DNA of 64,000 nt from an uncultured Armatimonadetes bacterium (GCA_963717145.1 OY970325.1:3328001-3392000), one strand, 5' to 3'. Numbered from the stretch's first letter, positions 48,004 to 58,508 are shown. The notes: generated by a model not told the origin, from the sequence alone. Numbers and translations are program-made.

Positions 48004-48804
48004 ATGTTCAAGATTTGTGTATGCATCAAACAGGTCCCGGCGACGACCGAGGTCAAGATCAACCCGGAGACCAATACCCTCGTCCGCGAGGGAGTCGAGT
48101 CGCAGGTGAATCCCTTCGACCTCTATGCCCTCGAGGAGGCGGTCCGCATCCGGGAGCGACTTCAGGGTGAAGGCGAAGAGGCAAGCGTTACCGTCGTCAG
48201 CATGGGCCCGCCCCAGGCCGAGGCCGCGCTCCGTGACGCGATCGCTCTCGGTGCGGATGAGGCGATCCTGCTCTCCGACCGGGCGTTCGCGGGCGCGGAC
48301 ACCTGGGCAACGTCATATGCCCTCGCGATGGCCCTCAAGAAGCTCGAGCCGAACCTCATCTTCTGCGGAATGCAGGCGATCGACGGCGACACCGGCCAGG
48401 TCGGTCCCGGGATCGCAGTCCACATGGACTACGCCCAGGCGACCTACGTCTCGAAGATCGAGGAACTCGACGCCAAGAAGGTCACGGTCAAGCGGCTCGT
48501 CGAGCAGGGGTATGAACTCTGCTCCGTGAAGCTGCCCGCGGTCCTCACCGTCGTCAAGGAGATCAACGAGCCGCGGACGCCGTCTCTCCGGGGCAAGATG
48601 AACGCCAAGAAGGCCGAAATCCCGGTCTGGACGGCGGCCGACATCGACGCGCCGCCGGAGAAACTCGGCCTCCAGGGGTCGCCGACTCAGGTCGTGAAGG
48701 TGTTCAGCCCGCCTCACCGCGAGGGCGGAGAGCGATGGGAAGGCGAACCGGCGGAACTCGCCGACAAGCTTGCCGGGCTGCTGAAAGAGTTGGAGATAGT
48801 CTAG
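48004..48804 (+). CDS. etfB: Electron transfer flavoprotein beta subunit
   Basis: VCIKQVP, NPFDLYALEEA, SMGPP, GADTWAT, IDGDTGQVGP. Confidence 0.95.
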   Translation: MFKICVCIKQVPATTEVKINPETNTLVREGVESQVNPFDLYALEEAVRIRERLQGEGEEASVTVVSMGPPQAEAALRDAIALGADEAILLSDRAFAGADTWATSYALAMALKKLEPNLIFCGMQAIDGDTGQVGPGIAVHMDYAQATYVSKIEELDAKKVTVKRLVEQGYELCSVKLPAVLTVVKEINEPRTPSLRGKMNAKKAEIPVWTAADIDAPPEKLGLQGSPTQVVKVFSPPHREGGERWEGEPAELADKLAGLLKELEIV

Positions 48805-50015
48805 TGTCAATCCGAGTTATTGAAGATAAGTGCAACGGGTGCGGGCTCTGCGTGAAAGCATGCCCGATGGCGGCGATCGAAGTCAGCAACAAGATGGCGA
48901 TCATCGACCTCGATATCTGCAACTACTGCAGTTCGTGCGTCTCGACCTGCCGATTCAAGGCAATCGCCATCGAGATCGACAAGCAGCCGGCGGAGGACCT
49001 CAGCCAGTACAAGGACGTCTGGGTCTTCGGCGAGCAGTTCAAGGGCCACATCGCGCCCGTCGTCCTCGAATTGATCGGCGCGGGCCGTCAACTCGCGGAC
49101 GATCGAGGCTCGGGACTCTGCGTCGTCGTGCTCGGCGACAACCTCGATCAGGCCTCAGCCGAACTCGCCGAGTATCCGGTGGATAAGGTTTATCTCTACG
49201 AAGCGCCTGAACTCGCGGACTACGATGGCGAGCGGTATTCCAGAGTGCTTTCGGACCTCGTGCGCCGGATGAAGCCGGAGATCATGCTCGCCGGCGCGAC
49301 TACTCAGGGGCGCTCGTTCATGTCACAGGTGGCGATCCGGCTCTACACCGGCCTCACCGCCGACTGCACCGGTCTGGCGATCGGCAAGGACGACGGGCTG
49401 CTCTATCAGACGCGCCCCGCGTACGGCGGAAACGTCATGGCGACCATCCTGTGCCCGTACACGCGGCCTCAGATGGCGACCGTCCGGCACAAGGTCTTCC
49501 CGACGAGTCCCAAGCAGGCGAACGGCTCGAGGGCCGAGGTCGTCAAGCTGACCGCCAAGCCTCAGCTTTTCAGTTCGAGGAGCCAGATCCTCGATTTCAT
49601 CGAGGCATGCGAGGCGACGGTGAACATCGTCGAGGCGGACATCATCGTCTCCGGCGGTCGAGGGATCGGCGACCCGTCGAACTTCTCAGTGCTGGCGGAA
49701 CTGGCCCAGGAACTCGGAGCCGCGGTCGGGGCGAGTCGCGCGGCGGTCGATGCGGGATGGATTCCATACTGCCATCAGGTCGGGCAGACGGGCAAGACGG
49801 TCTGCCCGAAGCTCTACATCGCCTGCGGGATCAGCGGCGCGGTCCAGCACCTCGCGGGGATGTCATCGTCGGACACGATCATCGCGATCAACAAGGACCC
49901 GAACGCGCCGATCTTCCAGGTTGCGAGCTTCGGCTTCGTCGGCGACGTTCTGGAGATCGTACCGCTTCTCACGAAGCGGATCCGTGCGATGCGGGGACAG
50001 ACCGTGAACGCGTAG
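48804..50015 (+). CDS. etfA: Electron transfer flavoprotein alpha subunit with N-terminal 2[4Fe-4S] ferredoxin
   Basis: CNGCGLCVKACP, CNYCSSCVSTC; TGLTADCT, QVGQTGKTV, GISGAVQH. Confidence 0.95.
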   Translation: MSIRVIEDKCNGCGLCVKACPMAAIEVSNKMAIIDLDICNYCSSCVSTCRFKAIAIEIDKQPAEDLSQYKDVWVFGEQFKGHIAPVVLELIGAGRQLADDRGSGLCVVVLGDNLDQASAELAEYPVDKVYLYEAPELADYDGERYSRVLSDLVRRMKPEIMLAGATTQGRSFMSQVAIRLYTGLTADCTGLAIGKDDGLLYQTRPAYGGNVMATILCPYTRPQMATVRHKVFPTSPKQANGSRAEVVKLTAKPQLFSSRSQILDFIEACEATVNIVEADIIVSGGRGIGDPSNFSVLAELAQELGAAVGASRAAVDAGWIPYCHQVGQTGKTVCPKLYIACGISGAVQHLAGMSSSDTIIAINKDPNAPIFQVASFGFVGDVLEIVPLLTKRIRAMRGQTVNA

Positions 50016-50093
50016 TTCCAGGTTGAGACACGTGCGGCGTGGAGGGATGATTCCTTCCACGCCGTTCTGGCTTAGTGATCAACCTCGAAATCC

Positions 50094-50570
50094 TCACCTG
50101 GTAACCGTTTCCTCTGCACTGATCTTGTCAGGAACGTAACTCCGCAACAAGGACAGTATCTCGTCCATATCTTCTCGGCTACCACTTATCTTAACCGCTC
50201 CACTCTTCCGGTCATTAGCATAGCTGATGCGAAAGATCCGATCGGTATATCGGGACCTGCGACGCCTATGGATGGTGACCGCAGTAACGTCCTGCCAGGA
50301 GAACCTCTGCCCGTCTGATGTCTGAATGCCTGCTTCTGAGATGACCACCAGTTGGTAGTAGGCCCACAGATAGAGAACCCCAGCCCCGATTGCACCTGCA
50401 CCCAGCCCACCGGCCAGTACAAGCAGGTGTCGCGTAGGGTATCCGGTGTACCATGCATGGATCTCCAAGACTAGAGCCATTACGGCGAAGAAGAGCAGTA
50501 TTCCTCGAGCAAGATACCGTGCTTCCCGGGTGTTTTCTTGATGGAACGTTCGTGAGTCCACCAGGAGCAA
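50094..50570 (-). CDS. Small membrane protein with a PH-like soluble domain
   Basis: Two TM segments, then ISEAGI..FSWQDVTAV; visibly less GC-rich than neighbours. Confidence 0.6.
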   Translation of the reverse strand: MLLVDSRTFHQENTREARYLARGILLFFAVMALVLEIHAWYTGYPTRHLLVLAGGLGAGAIGAGVLYLWAYYQLVVISEAGIQTSDGQRFSWQDVTAVTIHRRRRSRYTDRIFRISYANDRKSGAVKISGSREDMDEILSLLRSYVPDKISAEETVTR

Positions 50571-50583
50571 ACTCCTTCCAGTC

Positions 50584-52560
50584 TCAGAAAATGAAGGTCC
50601 TGTACGTGCTGATGCCGAGAGCCCAGCCGATGAGCGACCAGATCGAGGCCACCACGTAATCCCCCAGGATCAACCCCATGAAGAACGGGAGCGCCATCCG
50701 ATAGCCCTTCACCCCACCGTAGCGCACGACCCAGAACTTGATGAACCAGCCGCATAGGATCGCGCTCCAGAAATACTCCAGCGCGTAGGAGTTCGCCAGC
50801 GCGTATCCGATCGGGTGGAACGGCCACCAGACCAGCCTCGACTTCGCCAGCGCCAGGAGAAGGGTCGCTCCCGCGCCGACCCCGCTGTACGCGAGCGCCA
50901 TCCAGTCGGTCTTCTGCGGATTATCGACCCACCCCTGCAGACGGTTGAACGCCTCCCGCCCGATGCCTGTCGAGTACGACATGATGTGCCCGGTCGCCTC
51001 GCCGTTCTTGTAGAAGATCGTCATCAGCGCCCAGAGCGACGCCACCGTGCCGACGACGGTCGCCAACAGGATCGCCACGAGCAGTCGCTTCGGCTCCATG
51101 TGCGACTCCTTGCCGATCTTCATCGCCTCCAACTGGTGCGGCATCGGGTGCGACCGGTAGCCCCGGTTGAACCAGAACATGTACGAAAGCAAGGTGAGAT
51201 TTTGCGCGCCGATCGCCTGAGTGCCGAAGATCTGGACCATGAACCTCTCGGGGTTGACCCAGTTCAGCTCGTGGGCCGGCGGTCCGAGTTCCGCCCGGAC
51301 GCGCGTGATTCCGACCGACAGGATGAAGTAGAAGCCGAAGTAGATGAACGGGAGCCAGAGCGACATTCCCATCATGCCGCACATGAACACCAGCACCATC
51401 AGCCCGAGTCCGACGCCGACGACCGCTGAGCGGTATGTCATCCCGGCATCGGGGTCGTCCTCACCACCGCGACCGAAGGCCGTCCGGAACACTGAGGCGA
51501 AGTGCTTCCGTGAGAGCCAGATCAGCGCGATCGAGAGGCCGATCCATGCGCCCGTGCCCTGCTCCGCGACGTATGGAATGCGGGCGATCGACGGCGGCGC
51601 CCCGGCATCTCGGAATCCCATCGACACGCATCCCACATCTATCAGTTTGCGCAGGATGTAGAAGAACCAGCACGAGAACGAGAGGTCTAGTGGCAAGAAG
51701 AACGCGATTCCGATGGCAAAGGGGAAGAATCCGATCGGCAGCCACCCGACGCCGTTCCAGGGCTGGCCGACGAAGTACTGGCCGACGTTCTGCAGCTTCA
51801 AGTGCATCGTGGGGACATTGGGGTAGAAGTAGCCCAGGCTGTTGATGCTCTGGATGATCATCGGGATCGCGAACCCGATCCACATGAGCTTGTTGCGGAA
51901 GAACCCCGGATCGCTGCCGGTCACGGTCATGGGGATCTGGACGATGGGATACGTCAGACGCTCGCGCTCGGTCCACTGCTTGCGGACAAGGACGTTGAGG
52001 CAGAGCATCATGAACGTCAGGACGAGCACAAAGCATATCCAGAAGAGCAGCGGGATCAGCCACGCCTGGAAGTTCTCCGGCGCGAAGAAGCTTGAGTTGC
52101 CGATGTAGTATCCCTTCAACGCATCCCGGCTGTGGGGGGCCATCCATTTCGGCACATAAGACCAGAACCGCGTGAATCCGTTGCTCGGATCGTTGAACCA
52201 GAAGAGGTATCCGAGGACCGGCGGGAGGTTCTCGAGCGAGTCCCGGCCCATGATCGCCGACGCGATGCTCAGCATGACATAGACCACCATCAACTCGGCC
52301 TGAGTGAGCGCATTCTCAGGGAACCGCCTCTTCACCACAGCGTTCAGGCCCGTGAGGACAAGCAGGAGGAATATCACGTGGAAGAAGAGACTGACGCAGG
52401 TCGTGTCGAGCGAGTTCCACTGGACCTCCATGACGGCCATCCAGTAGGAGTTGAGCGGAATGAGCAGCAGCCCCAGGATGATGACCCTGGTGCTGACGAC
52501 ATGCCGGCGTCTGGGTTGCGTTTCCTCGGTTATGGTCTGAGGCGTTGTCTCAGTGCTCAA
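50584..52560 (-). CDS. DUF6785/DUF6784-like multi-pass membrane protein (paralog of 45862-47840)
   Basis: AELMVVY, RKQWTERERLTYP, RVRAELG, WWPFHPIGY, VVRYGG, GLILGD; TTG start after GGGAG. Confidence 0.82.
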   Translation of the reverse strand: MSTETTPQTITEETQPRRRHVVSTRVIILGLLLIPLNSYWMAVMEVQWNSLDTTCVSLFFHVIFLLLVLTGLNAVVKRRFPENALTQAELMVVYVMLSIASAIMGRDSLENLPPVLGYLFWFNDPSNGFTRFWSYVPKWMAPHSRDALKGYYIGNSSFFAPENFQAWLIPLLFWICFVLVLTFMMLCLNVLVRKQWTERERLTYPIVQIPMTVTGSDPGFFRNKLMWIGFAIPMIIQSINSLGYFYPNVPTMHLKLQNVGQYFVGQPWNGVGWLPIGFFPFAIGIAFFLPLDLSFSCWFFYILRKLIDVGCVSMGFRDAGAPPSIARIPYVAEQGTGAWIGLSIALIWLSRKHFASVFRTAFGRGGEDDPDAGMTYRSAVVGVGLGLMVLVFMCGMMGMSLWLPFIYFGFYFILSVGITRVRAELGPPAHELNWVNPERFMVQIFGTQAIGAQNLTLLSYMFWFNRGYRSHPMPHQLEAMKIGKESHMEPKRLLVAILLATVVGTVASLWALMTIFYKNGEATGHIMSYSTGIGREAFNRLQGWVDNPQKTDWMALAYSGVGAGATLLLALAKSRLVWWPFHPIGYALANSYALEYFWSAILCGWFIKFWVVRYGGVKGYRMALPFFMGLILGDYVVASIWSLIGWALGISTYRTFIF

Positions 52561-52611
52561 TGCGCGCTCCCTCGGGTGGTAGTATTCGAGGGAGAGGGCG
52601 CGGATACCTTC

Positions 52612-52704
52612 GGAGTGTGGGGGTATGGGAGTATGGGAGTCCGGAACTCCCACACTCCCATACCCCCACACTCCCACACTCCCACACTCCCACACTCCCA
52701 CACT
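52612..52704. repeat. Family G octamer inverted array
   Basis: Three forward and about seven reverse units. Confidence 0.85.
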
Positions 52705-52710
52705 CAGTCT

Positions 52711-53916
52711 TCACGACATCGGCTCGGCGGCGACCGGTTCGGCGTCCCACTGGCGGACGAGGAGCGGGAAGATCGCCGCTCCGATCAGGTTCACCACCCC
52801 GACGAACAGGAACACCGACGCAAGCCCGTACACGCCCGCGATCCGGGTCGCCGCAAGAGGCGCGATCAGAGTGCCGACCATCATCGCCGACTGCTGCATC
52901 CCATACGCCCGCCCTCGGAACTCCTCATGAACCTTCGTGCAGATCAGCGCGCCGGTCGAGGGGCCGATCGACGCCATGAAGATGCCTGCCGCAAAGAAGA
53001 CCGCCGCGAAGGCCCAGATGCTGTGGATGAACGCCAGGCATAGCGCCGTCACCGCCGAGCCGATCAGCCCGATCTGAATCCCTCGCTCGTATCCGGACCT
53101 CTGACCGAATCGGGTCCACCTGTGGGCGGTCAGCATCAACGCCGCCGGTGGGAGCGAGAAGATCAAGCCGGAGAGCCAGACTGGCGCGCTGTCGCCGTTG
53201 AGCTTCGAAAGATGAAGGGCCAGGATCGGGTTGATGGAGGCGCTGTATATCCCGAACACCATGACGGTGAGCATGATCGCGCTGAGAACCTTCGAGCGCA
53301 GGGCTATGGCAAAATCCTGTACAAGGCTGGTCTGCTCGGTGATCTCGGGCTTATTCGGCTCTTTCACCAGCAGCAGGACGAGCAATGTCGAGAACAGGAC
53401 CGCCGTCCCCGAGATCCACATCGTGCCCCGGTATCCGAAGACCCCGGCCATCAGCCCGCCGATCGCCGGCCCGATGATCATCCCGGCCGCGCCATAGGAC
53501 TGCGCAGTGGCGATGTACTTCGGCGCCTCGTCCTGGGGCGTGTTAGTGGCTATGAGCGCCATCGACATCGGGACGAACCCGGTCAGCGCGCCGTTCAGGA
53601 ACCGGAGGATCGCGAGTTGGAGCGGCGTCTGGCAGATACTGGTGCCAAAGTAGATCAAGCCGAGACAGAGCCCGGCCCGAATCGCCATCGGTTTGCGCCC
53701 GTACTTGTCGCCGAGCTTGCCCCAAAGCGGCATGGTGATGATGCTGGCCGAGGACTGGAATGCGAAGACGATCCCGACCCAGGTCAGCAGGCTCGCCTTA
53801 CTGACCCCCATTTCTCTCATGAAGAGCGGCAGGAAGGGTATGACCTGGTTCCAACTCGCAGCGGTGAGGAAGATCGCAGCCGACAGTATGTACAGATTGC
53901 GGCGGTAGTATGGCAT
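52711..53916 (-). CDS. MFS transporter (DHA1/MdtG-like)
   Basis: PFLPLF, PLWGKLGDKYGRKPM, LRFLNG, GPAIGG; about 12 TM segments. Confidence 0.9.
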   Translation of the reverse strand: MPYYRRNLYILSAAIFLTAASWNQVIPFLPLFMREMGVSKASLLTWVGIVFAFQSSASIITMPLWGKLGDKYGRKPMAIRAGLCLGLIYFGTSICQTPLQLAILRFLNGALTGFVPMSMALIATNTPQDEAPKYIATAQSYGAAGMIIGPAIGGLMAGVFGYRGTMWISGTAVLFSTLLVLLLVKEPNKPEITEQTSLVQDFAIALRSKVLSAIMLTVMVFGIYSASINPILALHLSKLNGDSAPVWLSGLIFSLPPAALMLTAHRWTRFGQRSGYERGIQIGLIGSAVTALCLAFIHSIWAFAAVFFAAGIFMASIGPSTGALICTKVHEEFRGRAYGMQQSAMMVGTLIAPLAATRIAGVYGLASVFLFVGVVNLIGAAIFPLLVRQWDAEPVAAEPMS

Positions 53917-53959
53917 GATGAGCGAGACCCTTTGGGTACATACTTAGTGTATCATGCCC

Positions 53960-54050
53960 GTCAACCTTCGGAGTGCGGTGGCTCGACACCGCTTTGCATC
54001 GAGCTACCGCCGGCAAAGCGGTGTCGAGCCACCGCACTCCGAAGGTTGAC
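53960..54050. repeat. Family H palindrome
   Basis: 38 bp perfect arms. Confidence 0.88.
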
Positions 54051-54102
54051 AGGGAACCGCCTGAATGTTAGACTTTGGCAGTCTAATGAGGAACAACGTG
54101 CC

Positions 54103-54172
54103 GTAGGGGCGAAGCACTGGCTTCCGTATCCGCAAAGACTCGCGCAAGCGGCAGCCAGTGCTTCGCCCCTAC
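54103..54172. repeat. GTAG-type REP palindrome (GTAGGGGCGAAGCACTGGCT)
   Basis: 20 bp perfect arms. Confidence 0.85.
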
Positions 54173-54207
54173 TGTGATTCATTCATCGAAAGGAGCAGTG
54201 CTTGCCG

Positions 54208-54749
54208 ATGCGAATAACCGTCAAGGGAAAGAATATGGTGGTTACCGATGCCCTGCAGCGGTACGCCGAGAAGAAAGTCGAAAAGCTCGGCAAATACTTC
54301 GAGAACCTCAAGAGCGCGACGGTGACTCAGAGCACCCAGCGCAACTGGCATATAGTCGAAGTGAGCCTCGACGGCGACGGTGTTGTTCTCCGCGGCGAAG
54401 AGCGGTCGGACAACATGTATGCGTCGATAGATGCGGTCGTCGAGAAGCTGGAGAGTCAGATCAAGCGGTTCAAGGGGAAGTTGACGGACCGCGCACACGT
54501 GGAGCCGCCGAGGGAGACCGCCTTGGAGGAAGAGCCCGAGGAGGCGGCCGAGGCCGCTGCTCAGGGGCTGCCCGAGATCGTCCGCACCAAGCGGTTCCCG
54601 ATCAAGCCGATGACCCCCGAAGAGGCATCTCTGGAGATGGAGATGCTGAACCACGACTTCTTCGTCTTCCGCAATGGCGATACCGACGCGGTAAACGTCG
54701 TGTACAAGCGCCAGGACGGCAACTACGGCTCCTCGAGCCGGAGTTGTAG
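54208..54749 (+). CDS. hpf: Long ribosome hibernation promoting factor; probable 1 nt indel near 54728
   Basis: ITVKGKN..TDAL..YAEKK, MYASID, KPMTPEEA, HDFFVF, VVYKR.DGNYG; the expected LLEPE end is in the neighbouring frame. Confidence 0.92.
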
Positions 54750-54807
54750 CGGAGTCGTAACCGCCGATGAACGCAGATAGACGCGGATGTCGGTGCTTGA
54801 ACGGTGT

Positions 54808-54897
54808 TCGGGCTGGAGTTGTACTCCAGCCCGCTTCACAATCGGGGAGTTGAACTCCCCATCCAGTCTCCCGGGAGGGAGTGCAACTCCCTCCCGA
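54808..54897. repeat. Family D hairpin cluster
   Basis: GGGCTGGAGTTGTACTCCAGCCC, GGGGAGTTGAACTCCCC, GGGAGGGAGTGCAACTCCCTCCC. Confidence 0.8.
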
Positions 54898-54924
54898 ACT
54901 GGTAGTCCCGAACGGTGGCATGCA

Positions 54925-55899
54925 ATGCCCGACGTGATCTGCCTGGGTGAGGCGCTGATAGACTTCATCCCGTTCGAGTCCGGATGCTCGCTCGAAGACG
55001 TGACGGCATTCCGAAAGGCGCCGGGCGGAGCGCCCGCCAACGTCGCCGCAGGGCTCTCGAAGCTCGGGAATCCGAGCGCATTCATCGGCAAGGTCGGCGA
55101 CGACCCATTCGGTCACTTCCTCGCGAACACCTTCGAGCAGCATGGCGTCGACATCAGCGGGATGCGGTTCGATAAGACCGCGCTCACTGGGCTGGCGTTC
55201 GTGTCGCTGAGTGCGGCGGGGGTGCCGGAGTTCATGTTCTATCGCAACCCGAGCGCGGATATGCTTCTCACGCCGGACGAGATCGATCGGGAGTTCATCA
55301 GGTCGGCGCGGGCATTCCACTACGGCTCGATCACCCTCATCTCAGAGCCGAGTAAGAGCGCGACCGAGACGGCGGTGAAGCACGCCCTGGACGGCGGGCT
55401 GCTCGTGTCGTACGACCCGAACCTCCGGAAGCCGCTCTGGCGGAACCTCGATCAGGCGAAGAAGCAGATGCTCGAGGCGATGGTCTGGCCGCATTTCGTG
55501 AAGGTGAGCGAAGAGGAACTCGCATTCCTCTCGGACACGCCGGACCTGTCTGACGGCTCGGAGCGCCTGATGAGCGCCTACCCGAACATCGAGCTTGTCG
55601 CCGTGACCCGCGGCGCGGAGGGATGCTATTTCCGGACGGCCCAGGTCGAGGGGAGCGCGCCGGCATTCTCCGTCGAAGTCGTGGACACTACCGGCGCGGG
55701 CGATGGGTTCGTCGCGGGCGCGCTCTCGTGCCTGCTCGATCTCACGTCGAGTCCCGACGACCTCTCGGCCCTGAGTAAGGACGACCTCGCGCGCGCATTC
55801 CGATTCGCCAACGCGGTCGCCGGCCTGACGACCACGAAGCCCGGCGCGATCACGGCTCTCCCGAGTCGGGATGATGTTGACCGGCTGCTCCATGCTTAA
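54925..55899 (+). CDS. PfkB family carbohydrate kinase (fructokinase-like)
   Basis: GEALIDF, PGGAPANVA, GKVGDDPFG, YDPNLR, DTTGAGDGF. Confidence 0.92.
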   Translation: MPDVICLGEALIDFIPFESGCSLEDVTAFRKAPGGAPANVAAGLSKLGNPSAFIGKVGDDPFGHFLANTFEQHGVDISGMRFDKTALTGLAFVSLSAAGVPEFMFYRNPSADMLLTPDEIDREFIRSARAFHYGSITLISEPSKSATETAVKHALDGGLLVSYDPNLRKPLWRNLDQAKKQMLEAMVWPHFVKVSEEELAFLSDTPDLSDGSERLMSAYPNIELVAVTRGAEGCYFRTAQVEGSAPAFSVEVVDTTGAGDGFVAGALSCLLDLTSSPDDLSALSKDDLARAFRFANAVAGLTTTKPGAITALPSRDDVDRLLHA

Positions 55900-55902
55900 T
55901 GG

Positions 55903-56009
55903 GTAGGAGGGGTTTTCCGGGATGGGTGCTGAATCGAGTTCAGCATGACGTGTGGAGCTGACGTCATGCTGAACTCGATTCAGCACCCATCCCGGAAAAC
56001 CCCTCCTAC
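55903..56009. repeat. Chimeric palindrome: GTAG-type outer arms with family C inner arms
   Basis: ~49 bp perfect arms. Confidence 0.88.
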
Positions 56010-56037
56010 GCCGCTTGTGCAGAACGGTCCCTCGGAG

Positions 56038-58320
56038 CTACGGCCCGACCACGTAGATGTGCACCGCGTAGGGCTCGAATGCATCGGTGAAGGCATCGCC
56101 GGTCACAGGTACCGTGCGGTTTTCGTTGTGAACGCCAACCCGCGAGCCGGTAACTCCCGGGCCGGAAAAACGAATCTTGATCGTCTTCTTCGCCCGGTTC
56201 ACGGCGATGATCGTCAGCTTACCATCCTGATCCTTGACTACGAAGTCCACAGGCGAATCGGCGGGCGACTTGGTAATCTTGCCACTCGCGGTCGGTGCTG
56301 TGAGAACGTCGTTCAGACCGCGCATCTCCCCGATCAACTGCTTGATGTACTCCCAGTCGCCCTCCTCGGGGTTGTTGAGGATTCCCGAAGGCTTCTTGTA
56401 GTAGTCGAGCTGACCCGAACCGGTGTAGAAGGCGACACCCTTCGCGCCGTAGACGATCGGCATGTAACACATCTGGCGGTACTCGGCCCGAGTGGGGTAC
56501 CGGCCGTCGACGCGCGGCTGCTTGTAGCACTGGATGGCGATCCAGAGCGGCTTATGGCCGGTGTACTCGGTGAGCCAGCTCGGCGGAACGAAGGTCAGGT
56601 CGTTCCTCTTCGCCGGTGCGGGCGCTTCCGGGTTCGGCTCCATCGGGATGGGATAGTACCACCAGATGCCGATGTCCATCATGCTCTCCGGGAAGAAGAA
56701 GCTCCGGTCCTTCATCAGTTCCGTGATCACCGCGCGGGTGTCGCCGAGGACGAATGGGTGATTGGGATCCATCTCCTTGACTATCCGATAGACGCCCGCG
56801 ATATTCTTGAGCGGACCCTCACCACGGGCGACGCGCTCCTCAGAGCCCCAGTAGCCGAGCCCGGGATGGTTTCGGAACGTCTCGATTCTGTGCCGGACCT
56901 GCTCCCACTTGCCCTGCTCGATGGCTTTGCGGGGCAGTTCCACCATCATCTTCAGGCCGGCCTCCGCGCTTCGGTCGAGCAGGTCCTTCAGACGGATGTC
57001 GTTCGGATTGATGGGGTCATCCGCTTCGCCCGCCACGATCGCGTAACTGTGCGACAACGAGAATCCGGCTTGCGCCATCTCGGGGAAACGTCCGGCGGCG
57101 TAGAGGCCGAGCGGGAACTGGGGTTTTCCATCGACCAGAGGATAGCCGTCCGGGCCCATGGTAATCGGCGTCCTCGGCCGGACGTGGATATCGGCCTGGC
57201 CGCCGGCGATCTCCTTAGCCTCCCCGTCGAGTAGCTTGATCTGAGCGACGAAGTCCCCGACCGCGTCCACGGGAACCCTGAGCACGCGACTGACGAAGCC
57301 GCCCTCGGATGCGTCGGCGGTTCCGCTATCGATGACGTTGCCCGACGAGTCAGCGATCGAGATCCAGACTCGGGCTCGCCCCAGTCGCTCGGGATGCGCG
57401 TTGACCTGGAAATCGAAACTGGTCGAGCCGTCGCCCTCACCTACGGCATGGTAGCACGGGCAGGCGGGATAGATGATCAACGGGGCAGCGACCGTGAAGC
57501 TGCCGGCGATCTTCCTCTCGGGTGTGCCGGATGCGCTCAGGAGTTCCAGCGAGTACTCGTGACTTCCAACTGACTTCAGATTGATCTTGAGGGGGATCCG
57601 GCTCACGGACTTGCCGGCAGCGGAAATGGGAATCTCCGATACCTGCTTGCCGATTGTGATTCTCAGCGACCCGGCCAGGGGCGATTCGCTTCGGTTATCA
57701 AGGACGGCGGTGATCGTCTGCTCTCCCACGAATGGCTTTGCCGCTTCGGCAAGCGTCAGCGAGACCTGGTTAACAGTGACGGCTGAGAGGCTGTCGAACC
57801 AGACCGTGCCTGAAGCGCGATTGAAATGAAGAAATACTTCACCGGTCGCGGCGTTGGCCGGGACATCCGCGACACCGGAGAGATGAATCCACTCGCCGGA
57901 GAGGCGCGCCGTCGGATAGACGAAGTTCCGATCGAAAACCTTGCCGCCCGCGTCTCGAAAGCTCAGCGCAAAGCCAATGGGGTCCTTCCCGCCCTTCAGG
58001 TCCTGCCCGCGCACGAAGGCCTCGAATCGTATGTCATCATAGGGGGTCGCCGGGAAAGGGGCGCTGACAACCGTGAATCGAGCCTGCTCTGAGGCAGACA
58101 GCCTGATCGAGGCGCCCCCCTCATGAGCGACAGTGGTATCGACAATCACGTTGGGCTGCCCTTCCTCGGTCTTGTAGACCCACCACCCTCCGTTGGGAAG
58201 CCCATTCACCCCGGCTCCATCCTCGAAACCGGGGTTCTTGACCAGGTTCTCCTGCGCTCCTGAGACGGATGCGATCAGGACCAGTGCCAACAGATATAGA
58301 AGCGTCACGCGGTTTCTCAT
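56038..58320 (-). CDS. Secreted protein: CBM4/9-like domain plus C-terminal putative glycoside hydrolase
   Basis: NLVKNPGFE..VWFDSLS; C-terminal domain paralogous to that of 3722-6109. Confidence 0.75.
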   Translation of the reverse strand: MRNRVTLLYLLALVLIASVSGAQENLVKNPGFEDGAGVNGLPNGGWWVYKTEEGQPNVIVDTTVAHEGGASIRLSASEQARFTVVSAPFPATPYDDIRFEAFVRGQDLKGGKDPIGFALSFRDAGGKVFDRNFVYPTARLSGEWIHLSGVADVPANAATGEVFLHFNRASGTVWFDSLSAVTVNQVSLTLAEAAKPFVGEQTITAVLDNRSESPLAGSLRITIGKQVSEIPISAAGKSVSRIPLKINLKSVGSHEYSLELLSASGTPERKIAGSFTVAAPLIIYPACPCYHAVGEGDGSTSFDFQVNAHPERLGRARVWISIADSSGNVIDSGTADASEGGFVSRVLRVPVDAVGDFVAQIKLLDGEAKEIAGGQADIHVRPRTPITMGPDGYPLVDGKPQFPLGLYAAGRFPEMAQAGFSLSHSYAIVAGEADDPINPNDIRLKDLLDRSAEAGLKMMVELPRKAIEQGKWEQVRHRIETFRNHPGLGYWGSEERVARGEGPLKNIAGVYRIVKEMDPNHPFVLGDTRAVITELMKDRSFFFPESMMDIGIWWYYPIPMEPNPEAPAPAKRNDLTFVPPSWLTEYTGHKPLWIAIQCYKQPRVDGRYPTRAEYRQMCYMPIVYGAKGVAFYTGSGQLDYYKKPSGILNNPEEGDWEYIKQLIGEMRGLNDVLTAPTASGKITKSPADSPVDFVVKDQDGKLTIIAVNRAKKTIKIRFSGPGVTGSRVGVHNENRTVPVTGDAFTDAFEPYAVHIYVVGP

Positions 58321-58406
58321 ACTGCTGTCTTCGCCATAACCGCACGGATATCATTCTGAGTATGTTCCTGCGCAAGCGCAATTGTCTCCAACGGAAAACC
58401 CGGAAT

Positions 58407-58498
58407 ACCCCTCCCCAGCCCTCCCCGCAACGGAGAGGGAGTTGCTCGCGGCTGCCGATGGTGCTCCCTCTCCGTTGCGGGGAGGGCTGGGGAGGGGT
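58407..58498. repeat. Family I palindrome
   Basis: ACCCCTCCCCAGCCCTCCCCGCAACGGAGAGGGAG and its exact complement. Confidence 0.88.
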
Positions 58499-58508
58499 CA
58501 TTCGGATT

